Source: an uncultured bacterium (GTDB lineage: Bacteria; Abyssobacteria; SURF-5). From it: a stretch of DNA of 45,052 nt. The stretch's first letter is position 1, and each line of letters opens with the position of its first letter. Shown piece by piece: positions 9,510 through 17,008 of the stretch. The stretch lies in assembly GCA_964607485.1 (NCBI GenBank), contig CAZSKP010000019.1:37609-82660 (forward strand), given 5' to 3'. A program made the position numbers and the translations under genes. The notes under the pieces are model-generated. The model had not been told where the DNA came from. It did no database searches and saw only the letters and a list, made by a program, of their open reading frames with translations.

Positions 9510-10289
9510 ATGAAAAAGTTCAAACGCGGGTCCCGAATGGAATTGGATTATAAAAAGCTTGAGGTCAAGGGGAGCGGGGCTATTGGCGAAAAGGTTTTGA
9601 ATAGATATGAGAGCAGTCCGGGAATCAGGCATGTTTTCAAGAGACATAACAAGAAAATACTTGAGAATATCTCCCTCACTCCATATGAAAACCTTGCCTC
9701 CACCAGACTGCTTGAGATAGGGTGCGGCTTTGGAGAGTTCTTGGCCGAGGCACAGAAGATAATTGGTCAAGTTTATGGCATTGACCTTGTGCAGGACCAA
9801 TTAAGAGCAGCTAAAACAAGAATATCGGGGAATTCGAGCGTTTTGATGGCGGATGGAGAATATTTGCCATTTGGGGATCATGTTTTTGACTTCATTCTAA
9901 TGAAGGGTGTCGTTCACCACTTGGGGAATCCTCGCCAGGTATTCAAAGAGGCCAGAAGAGTTCTTCTTGACAATGGAAAGCTTATTATCTTCGAGGGGAA
10001 CCCCTCGTCGTGGTATCGAAAGTTTGTATTAGGGATCGCAGACCTTCTTCGCATAGAACATGAGAGCAGTCTTTTCCCTCATCTTTCGTCTGATAAGATT
10101 GAAGCTTTTCTACGAAAGACTGGATTCTCTACAGAACACAAGAGAGTCTCAGGTTTGTTCGCACCGCTTGGATTGGCTGGCATAGGCAACAACATATTGT
10201 GGGAAAAGCTTAATTACCTGGAGGATGTTCTTGAAAACACATTTTCATTTTTTATGTGGTACAACCTGATAATTGCAACCCCGGCCTAA
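9510..10289 (+). CDS. Class I SAM-dependent methyltransferase
   Basis: LLEIGCGFG, ADGEYLPFGDHVFD, VVHHL, EARRVL. Start uncertain (9465, 9510 or 9537). Confidence 0.8.
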   Translation: MKKFKRGSRMELDYKKLEVKGSGAIGEKVLNRYESSPGIRHVFKRHNKKILENISLTPYENLASTRLLEIGCGFGEFLAEAQKIIGQVYGIDLVQDQLRAAKTRISGNSSVLMADGEYLPFGDHVFDFILMKGVVHHLGNPRQVFKEARRVLLDNGKLIIFEGNPSSWYRKFVLGIADLLRIEHESSLFPHLSSDKIEAFLRKTGFSTEHKRVSGLFAPLGLAGIGNNILWEKLNYLEDVLENTFSFFMWYNLIIATPA

Positions 10290-10430
10290 TGCCCATTTCT
10301 GTCTGAAAGGAACTCAGGACTCAAGAGAACCATTATCCCTTTCGGTGCTAGCACGGCAGGATCATCTCGATTTGAAGATTGTCGTTGAATGGAAGTACAC
10401 GATGAAGGCCAATGAGATTGACAGCAACTC

Positions 10431-10649
10431 TTGACGACAAAACAATGGGATTCGTTCTCAACCGACGCGGTTGTGTACCGACATGAGAATCTTACGGCCG
10501 AGCAGATCATGGCGGCAAGAAGGCAGGCGTTCAGACGTTTCTACTTGCGTCCAAAGACCGCAATAAGGATATTGGGGCAGATTTCAAGTCTTTCCGATAT
10601 AAGAAACAACATTAACCTCGGCTGGAAATTCCTGGTCAGGCCGAAATGA
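10431..10649 (+). pseudogene. C-terminal fragment of a B12-binding radical SAM protein
   Basis: WDSFSTDAVVY...LTAEQIMAARRQAFRRFYLRP resembles the C-terminal tail of cobalamin-dependent radical SAM enzymes; no CxxxCxxC-containing ORF upstream. Confidence 0.55.
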
Positions 10650-10761
10650 AGACGGGGGGAAACCGCCCTTCGCCCCTTTTCTCATCCAAAATCAAGTCGA
10701 GTCGGAAATGGGATTGCGGGAAGCGGTAATTGTCAATATCCGAATGGGCATTTGAAAGAAA

Positions 10762-11394
10762 ATGGCCACATTTTCTGAAAGACTCGTCCTTTTAATCAAC
10801 TTCCTGCTTGTTCCCCTCCGTCTGGCAATACCCCAGCCCGTGATAGAAAAGATCCCACTCCTGAAAACCAACCGGGAGGAGAGGTTCGGGCGGGTGCTGG
10901 CGGAGTATCGCGGAAAGGCTCTGGACATAGGTTGCAGGCACAACGTTATCATAAAGAAATACCGGGAGTTGGGAAATTGTGGGGAAGGGGTCGACATTTA
11001 TCATTGGGACGGAGCCGATCTCATCGTGGAGGACACGTCGCGTCTGCCATACGAGTCGGAAACATTCGACACCGTCTCTATTGTGGCCTCATTGAACCAC
11101 ATCCCCAATCGCATCGATGTCCTCAAGGAAGCGCACCGCCTGCTGAGGCGTGACGGCAGGCTCGTGATAACGAACCTGACGCCATTCGTCTCGAAGGTCT
11201 GGCACGTGTTCTGCTTCTGGGATAGAGAGTATGCCGTGCGGGGTGGCCTTCAGGAAGGCGAGGTGTGGGGATTCACGGACAAGCAATTGATGCAGCTTGT
11301 TGAGGCTGCCGGCTTTCGCCTCATAAAGAAAAGCGGTTTCTTGTGGGGCTTGAACCACCTGTATGTTTTCGGACGAAACCGTGTAGCATCGTAA
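10762..11394 (+). CDS. Class I SAM-dependent methyltransferase
   Basis: ALDIGC, LPYESETFDTVSIVASLNHIP, EAHRLLRRDGRLVI. Confidence 0.8.
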   Translation: MATFSERLVLLINFLLVPLRLAIPQPVIEKIPLLKTNREERFGRVLAEYRGKALDIGCRHNVIIKKYRELGNCGEGVDIYHWDGADLIVEDTSRLPYESETFDTVSIVASLNHIPNRIDVLKEAHRLLRRDGRLVITNLTPFVSKVWHVFCFWDREYAVRGGLQEGEVWGFTDKQLMQLVEAAGFRLIKKSGFLWGLNHLYVFGRNRVAS

Positions 11395-11410
11395 CAGAGG
11401 GAATGGCCTC

Positions 11411-13435
11411 ATGTGCGGAATCTTCGGCTTGACGATTAGAGATACCGCGTCCCTTGAGTTCGGACAAGTGAGCAGATATATAAGCGGGCTCTTCAAGCTC
11501 TCCGAATCCAGAGGCAAAGAGGCGGCTGGGTGCGCAATACGCTCCGGGGAGTCGATACATGTGTACAAGCGGCCCGTCTCAGCCTCAGTGATGATCAAGT
11601 CCGATTCCTACCGTCAGTTCTTGGCGAATGCGGTCATCGGCCCCACAAACGGGCGCCAGTCGGCTGTGCCGCCGTTAAGCATGATAGGGCATACGAGGCT
11701 GGTGACGGACGGCGCGCAGGAACGGACCGAGAACAATCAGCCGGTGGTGAAAGAAGGCGCAGTGGGCATTCACAACGGAATTGTCGTGAACGTCGCCAAT
11801 CTCTGGGCCAGATTCCCGCAATTGAAAAGAGAGTCCGAACTGGATTCGGAGATAATCTTCGGCCTAATACGTCTGTATCAGGATGAGAAAAAATCCCTCA
11901 CGGGCGCCGTCTCTGAAATGTTCAGCGACATCCAGGGGTCGGCTTCAATAGCGGCGCTGTTCAACGATCTCGGATACTTGCTCCTGGCCACGAATACCGG
12001 TTCGCTCTACGTCGGCGGCAACGAAGGTCACGATGCACTGATGTTCGCGTCGGAGCTATATATCCTTAGAGACTTCATCAGGATATTCAAGATTGAGAAC
12101 GCGTTCGGGAAGTGCGGGATAGGGCAGGTCAGGCCGGGGCATGGGATGCTCATTGACATAGGCAGTCTCGAGCGAGCGGAGTTCGCGTTCGGAGACGGCC
12201 AGAGAATCGAGCCCGACGAAAGACTGTCTAAGCCCTTGACAGTAAGAATGGCCGGAAACCCGGCCGAAGATAGGGGAAGGACACGGGTTTATCGGGGAGA
12301 AGCGGTAAGGTGGTCGAGGTACGAAAAGGATTTTCAGGAAGCGAGAAGACGCATAAACGCTCTCAGACGATGTGAGAAGTGCGTCTTGCCCGAGACCTTT
12401 CCCTTCATAGAGTTTGACGAGAGCGGCATATGCAACTACTGCAATCATTATCTGAAGATACCATTGAAGAGTAAAGACGAATTTGAGGCGATTGCGGATA
12501 GATACAGGAGAAGGGATGGCGGGCCGGACTGCATCGTCGGGCTAAGCGGCGGGAGGGACAGCAGCTTCGGGCTTCACCACCTGAAGACCGAGCTCGGTCT
12601 GAATCCCATCGCATTTTCGTACGATTGGGGGATGCTCACAGACCTTGGCAGAAGAAACCAGGCGAGGATGTGCGGAAAGCTCGGCGTGGAACACATAATA
12701 GTCTCGGCCGACATTACAAGGAAACGAGACTATATAAGACAGAACGTGGAGGCCTGGCTCAAGAAGCCCGACCTGGGCGTCATTCCGCTTTTCATGGCGG
12801 GTGATAAGCAGTATTTCTACTATGCGAACAAGCTTATGCGGCAATACAATACTGAAATAATGGTGATGGCGGAGAATCCCCTGGAGAGGGCGTATTTCAA
12901 ACATGGATTTTGCGGAATTAAATTCAAGGCCTCTGATAAACCGCCTTATGAATTGGGAATTCTGGACAAAATCAGGATAGCTGCTTACTATGGGAAACAA
13001 TATCTTCTGAATCCTTCATACATCAACGTTTCGATTATCGACACAATAGGGGCGTACTTCTCGTATTATCTGATACCTCACAACTATTTCTCTCTTTTCG
13101 ATTATATGCTGTGGGACGAGGAGGAGATCATCTCCACCCTCAGAGAAGAGTACGACTGGGAACTGGCGGACGACACAGAGTCCACGTGGAGGATAGGAGA
13201 CGGAACGGCGGCCTTCTATAATTACATCTACTATCTTGTCGCCGGCTTTACGGAGATTGACACGTTCAGGAGCAACCAGGTCAGGGAGGGGGCAATCGAT
13301 AGGCAAAGGGCTCTGGAACTTGCACAGCTAGAGAACGCCCCGAGGTGGAAATCCATAGAATGGTACGCGCGCACTATCGGGCTTGACTGCGGCAAGGCGC
13401 TGGAAGTCATCAACACTATTCCGAAGCTCTATTGA
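11411..13435 (+). CDS. Class II glutamine amidotransferase fused to an N-acetyl-sugar amidotransferase (WbuX/WbpG-like PP-loop) domain
   Basis: N-terminal MCGIFG, GHTRL, HNGIVVN, DSE (Ntn GATase); C-terminal CEKCVLP..CNYC and SGGRDSS PP-loop. Confidence 0.75.
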   Translation: MCGIFGLTIRDTASLEFGQVSRYISGLFKLSESRGKEAAGCAIRSGESIHVYKRPVSASVMIKSDSYRQFLANAVIGPTNGRQSAVPPLSMIGHTRLVTDGAQERTENNQPVVKEGAVGIHNGIVVNVANLWARFPQLKRESELDSEIIFGLIRLYQDEKKSLTGAVSEMFSDIQGSASIAALFNDLGYLLLATNTGSLYVGGNEGHDALMFASELYILRDFIRIFKIENAFGKCGIGQVRPGHGMLIDIGSLERAEFAFGDGQRIEPDERLSKPLTVRMAGNPAEDRGRTRVYRGEAVRWSRYEKDFQEARRRINALRRCEKCVLPETFPFIEFDESGICNYCNHYLKIPLKSKDEFEAIADRYRRRDGGPDCIVGLSGGRDSSFGLHHLKTELGLNPIAFSYDWGMLTDLGRRNQARMCGKLGVEHIIVSADITRKRDYIRQNVEAWLKKPDLGVIPLFMAGDKQYFYYANKLMRQYNTEIMVMAENPLERAYFKHGFCGIKFKASDKPPYELGILDKIRIAAYYGKQYLLNPSYINVSIIDTIGAYFSYYLIPHNYFSLFDYMLWDEEEIISTLREEYDWELADDTESTWRIGDGTAAFYNYIYYLVAGFTEIDTFRSNQVREGAIDRQRALELAQLENAPRWKSIEWYARTIGLDCGKALEVINTIPKLY

Positions 13436-13497
13436 GCGCAGTCTCTCCCGCCTGCGAGAAGAAGCTGGGGAGAGCACAGCCTTAATCCCGGGAAAAT

Positions 13498-14793
13498 GTG
13501 GATATAGATGAAATCAAATCTCAGTTATCGCTGAAGCACAAATTCAATCGAGACGTTTCGTTCAACCTTCTCAGTCTTGCGGTGCTGGGTCTGTGCGGGA
13601 TAGTTATAAACATATTCATTGCGAAGTACCGCGGCTCCAGTGCCCTGGGCATCTTCAATCAGGTCTATGCGATATACGTGATCCTGTCACAGATCGCGGG
13701 CGGCGGAATACAGCTTTCCGCATTGAAGCACACCTCGTACAATCAGACTGACAACGCCGCGTGCTCGGAGATCGCATCATCGGCGCTCGTTCTTACCGCG
13801 ATGTGCGCGACGACGGTCTGCATCCCCTCCTTCCTCGCGAGCAATCAGGTGGGCGCAATACTTAACAGCGACAGCGTGGAACTCGGCCTGAAGCTCGCAA
13901 TCCCGGGACTGCTTCCTTTCTCCCTCAACAAAGTCTCCCTCAACGTCCTCAACGGAATGAGGAAGATGGGCGCATTCGCCTTTTTCCAGTCGCTCAGGTT
14001 TGTGCTCATTCTTCTGGGCGTGATACTTATCATCAAGATGGGGCTCCCGGACGCGTACATAGTCTTGTCGCTGTCCGTAACGGAGCTGCTCCTGTTCTTC
14101 GCTCTCGCGTTTTATGTCAACAGGCATGTCAAGCTGAGGTTTTCCTCGGGAATGAGCCGTTGGTTCAGAGAACACCTGTCTTTTGGGGGCAGGGGGATGC
14201 TCAGTGGCATTTTCACCGAAATGAATACAAGAGTGGACGTGCTCATGTTGGGATTCTTCCGCGACGACAAGACGGTTGGGATATACAGCCTTGCAGCAAT
14301 CCTGATCGAGGGCCTCAGCCAGTTGCACTTCGTCATAAGGAAGAACGTGGAGCCCGTTCTCGGAGGCTATTTCGCCGAGGGCGGAAAAGCCAAGATCACA
14401 AGCGCCGCCAGAAAAGTAAGACGGATCTTCCTCCCGCTGATGGTATCGATAGGGCTCGTAAGCGTGGCCCTTTATCCTTATGCCGTGAGGATATTCGTGG
14501 CAGACAAAGCCTTTTCGGCGAGTTTTACGCCGTTCGTCATACTGATTACCGGCCTCGTGCTGAGCTCGGGCTACAGACCCTTTAGCGGCATAATCCTGAT
14601 TGGCGGCAGGCCCGGCCTCTATTCATGCTTTATCCTGTCGCTGGTGCTGGGCAATGCCGCCCTCAATGCGGTCCTCATCCCTCTCTGGGGCATGAATGGC
14701 GCAGCCGCGGCGACAGCGTCTGTTTTCTTGCTTGAGGCATTATTTGTATTTGTTCTGTTGAGATTCAGCGCATTTGGGAAGGACAGTCAGTAG
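13498..14793 (+). CDS. Wzx-like polysaccharide/oligosaccharide flippase (MOP family)
   Basis: Many TM segments; RVDVLMLG...VGIYSLAA and LNAVLIPLWGMNGAAAAT motifs. Confidence 0.85.
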   Translation: MDIDEIKSQLSLKHKFNRDVSFNLLSLAVLGLCGIVINIFIAKYRGSSALGIFNQVYAIYVILSQIAGGGIQLSALKHTSYNQTDNAACSEIASSALVLTAMCATTVCIPSFLASNQVGAILNSDSVELGLKLAIPGLLPFSLNKVSLNVLNGMRKMGAFAFFQSLRFVLILLGVILIIKMGLPDAYIVLSLSVTELLLFFALAFYVNRHVKLRFSSGMSRWFREHLSFGGRGMLSGIFTEMNTRVDVLMLGFFRDDKTVGIYSLAAILIEGLSQLHFVIRKNVEPVLGGYFAEGGKAKITSAARKVRRIFLPLMVSIGLVSVALYPYAVRIFVADKAFSASFTPFVILITGLVLSSGYRPFSGIILIGGRPGLYSCFILSLVLGNAALNAVLIPLWGMNGAAAATASVFLLEALFVFVLLRFSAFGKDSQ

Positions 14794-15063
14794 CGAAGTG
14801 GTTATAGGTGGTGAAGCCTAAAGGGCGCAGCCCGGAACGCTTTACCAACCTCTTCCCAAAACGCTGATTCCCCTCTGCGCCAAGTGTGCTGAACCCCAAC
14901 ACGGGTGGGATACCCCCTTGGCTTCTGGATTGTACTTATTTTGTCCTTGTCTCAATCTAACTTCACCAAACTTAATCCAACTTGCCCCAAAGAAAGAACG
15001 CTGAGAAGCTCGAAACATAAGACATTCTCAGCGTTGCACTAAGACCATTTATCGCCGGTCGGT

Positions 15064-15104
15064 TTTGAAGTCCAGTGCGCCCATCAGCACGCCTACCTTC
15101 CCAT
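15064..15104. repeat. att-like direct repeat, right copy (displaced 5' half of selC)
   Basis: 39/41 identity to 3870-3910. It covers the tRNA 5' end through the 7-nt anticodon loop; both mismatches fall in the D-arm. Confidence 0.9.
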
Positions 15105-15169
15105 TTGTTGCGTCCTACCATTGCTTTCTCAGGCTTGGCATGTTCGGACTATAGTCAATGTTGTGGGCT

Positions 15170-15198
15170 ATTATATCAAGGGCGAGCCTCTGTTTCAA
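15170..15198 (-). promoter_or_regulatory. sigma70-type promoter facing the selC 5' fragment (probable original selC promoter)
   Basis: Minus strand TTGAAA-17 nt-TATAAT, ~65 nt upstream of the tRNA fragment's 5' end. Confidence 0.65.
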
Positions 15199-15225
15199 AG
15201 CAGCGGGTTTTCAAGCACTCGTCTC

Positions 15226-15266
15226 TTGACAAACGGCGGAAAGCCGTGTATACTTACCGGTAAGTA
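15226..15266 (+). promoter_or_regulatory. tetR promoter with overlapping palindromic operator
   Basis: TTGACA-17 nt-TATACT; perfect 16-bp palindrome TACTTACCGGTAAGTA at 15251-15266; SD GGAGG at 15271. Confidence 0.75.
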
Positions 15267-15282
15267 GATAGGAGGCAGCTCG

Positions 15283-15891
15283 ATGAAATCAGCCGAAGGC
15301 AATCGCGACTCAGCGACCTCCTTGTCAACGAAGGAGAGAATTCAGAGGGAAGCCATAACTATTTTTTCTAAAAAAGGTTATGATGCAACTTCAATGAGAG
15401 AAATCGCAGAGGCGTCGACCGTAACCAAGCCGGTGATTTACTACTATTTCAAGAGCAAGGAGAACCTCTGTAACCACCTCATCAGTTCGGCCATGGAAGA
15501 GTTTCGGCAACAGATTCGGGGCGTCTGCGAGGGAAGTTCCGGGGATGTGTTTGAGCAGCTCGTGCGCATGGTGCAGATTCACTTCGACTTCTGCCGGGGC
15601 CATATGGAATTTGTGCGATTCATCTACGCTCTCAACTTCGGTCCCGACAGGAAGAAGATTGACTATGACTTTTACTCGTATGGAATGGAGATTTTTCGGA
15701 TGATTACGGGAGTGATGTGCCGTGCGTCCGAAGCGGGCATGATTCGGGAGGGTAAAGAAGAGACCGCCGCAGATTACTTGCGAGGAATAATAAACATGTA
15801 TGTGATGCTCTACGTCGATGGCCGCTACGATCTCCCTCCGGAACTGGCACGGACGATAGTGACCGACATGGTGAACGGTCTGAAGCCCTAA
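15283..15891 (+). CDS. TetR/AcrR family transcriptional regulator
   Basis: HTH region FSKKGYDATSMREIAEASTVTKPVIYYYFKSKENL. Confidence 0.92.
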   Translation: MKSAEGNRDSATSLSTKERIQREAITIFSKKGYDATSMREIAEASTVTKPVIYYYFKSKENLCNHLISSAMEEFRQQIRGVCEGSSGDVFEQLVRMVQIHFDFCRGHMEFVRFIYALNFGPDRKKIDYDFYSYGMEIFRMITGVMCRASEAGMIREGKEETAADYLRGIINMYVMLYVDGRYDLPPELARTIVTDMVNGLKP

Positions 15892-15934
15892 CACCCCGAG
15901 GCCGACTAACAGAGCACAATCTGGAGCGCTTGCG

Positions 15935-17008
15935 ATGTCGAAGAAAAATATTCTTGGACTGACCCTCATAGTTTCGTTGATTGCGGTTGTGGTGGGGTTG
16001 CTTCTCCTTCCGGGCCCCACGAGGTCCACGGAGCAGCCGCCCGAAGAACGAACCACCGATGTCAGGATCATGGAAGTCAGCTCGGGCCCGCTTCATGAAT
16101 GGACCGAGCTGCCGGCCAGCGTGGAGCCGTTTGTCTTGACTCAGGTTCCAGCGGAAGTCGAGGGTCGCATCGATTGGATAGGCCCTGAAGAGGGTGACGT
16201 CATCAAAAAGCCCGGCGTCCCGATCTTGCGCATCGACGAGCGAACCTTCCGCGCGCAGATGGAAGACGCAAAGGCCGCATACGAGCTGTCGGCCAAGAGC
16301 TGCAAACGAATCGGAGATCTGCACGCGCAAGGACTTGTAAGCGACGAGCAGTTCGACCAGTGCCGGACCAAGCTGGCCAGCAACTCGGCGAGGCTCGACA
16401 TCGCCAAGATAGCGCTCGAAAAGGCCACGGTCACCGCTCCGATTGCGGGAATACTTGACAAGTCGTACTTCGAAGTCGGCGAGTACGTGCGTCAGGGCGA
16501 CCGCGTGGCCGATATCGTGGTGATCGACCCGGTGAAGATAACCTTCATGGTGCCCGAAAAAGACATCCCTTATATTCAACGGGGCGGGAAGGTCGGTGTG
16601 TCATTCGATTTCCTTCACGGAGAGAGTTACGAGGGCACTGTCAGCTACATCAGCGTTGTTGGAGACGAGTCCACCCGCACATATAAGGTCGAGGTAACGG
16701 TGCCGAACCCGGACCATAAGATTCTTCCGTCGATGATAGCCACCGTGAGGATCTTGAGGCGTGAGATTCCCGACGCCATCGCCGTTCCGCTGTTTGCGGT
16801 GATTCCGCGGGGGGACTACTCGGTGGTCTTTGTCGAAAAGGACGGCAGGGCCCACGAGCGCTTGGTCGAACTGGGAATCCTCGAGGGCACTCGTGTGCAG
16901 ATTATAAAAGGACTCGAGCCCGGGGATCGTCTCATCGTGGAGGGAAACCGCGAGCTGTCCGACGGCGAGGCTGTGCTGGTGCGCGATTCGATAGAGGCCT
17001 CGTCATGA
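15935..17008 (+). CDS. RND efflux periplasmic adaptor (membrane fusion protein)
   Basis: N-terminal TM anchor; AEVEGRI..EEGD, APIAG..GEYV..G, TRTYKVEV, GLEPGDRLIVEG. Confidence 0.9.
   Translation: MSKKNILGLTLIVSLIAVVVGLLLLPGPTRSTEQPPEERTTDVRIMEVSSGPLHEWTELPASVEPFVLTQVPAEVEGRIDWIGPEEGDVIKKPGVPILRIDERTFRAQMEDAKAAYELSAKSCKRIGDLHAQGLVSDEQFDQCRTKLASNSARLDIAKIALEKATVTAPIAGILDKSYFEVGEYVRQGDRVADIVVIDPVKITFMVPEKDIPYIQRGGKVGVSFDFLHGESYEGTVSYISVVGDESTRTYKVEVTVPNPDHKILPSMIATVRILRREIPDAIAVPLFAVIPRGDYSVVFVEKDGRAHERLVELGILEGTRVQIIKGLEPGDRLIVEGNRELSDGEAVLVRDSIEASS

Larger units (their letters stand above)
3870..15104. mobile_element. Decayed genomic island (~11.2 kb) integrated in selC, carrying glycosylation genes
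   Basis: Flanking 41-bp tRNA-derived direct repeats, an integrase remnant at one end, short repeated motifs near both ends, cargo that looks more AT-rich than the flanks by eye, and a second gene fragment inside. Confidence 0.85.
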
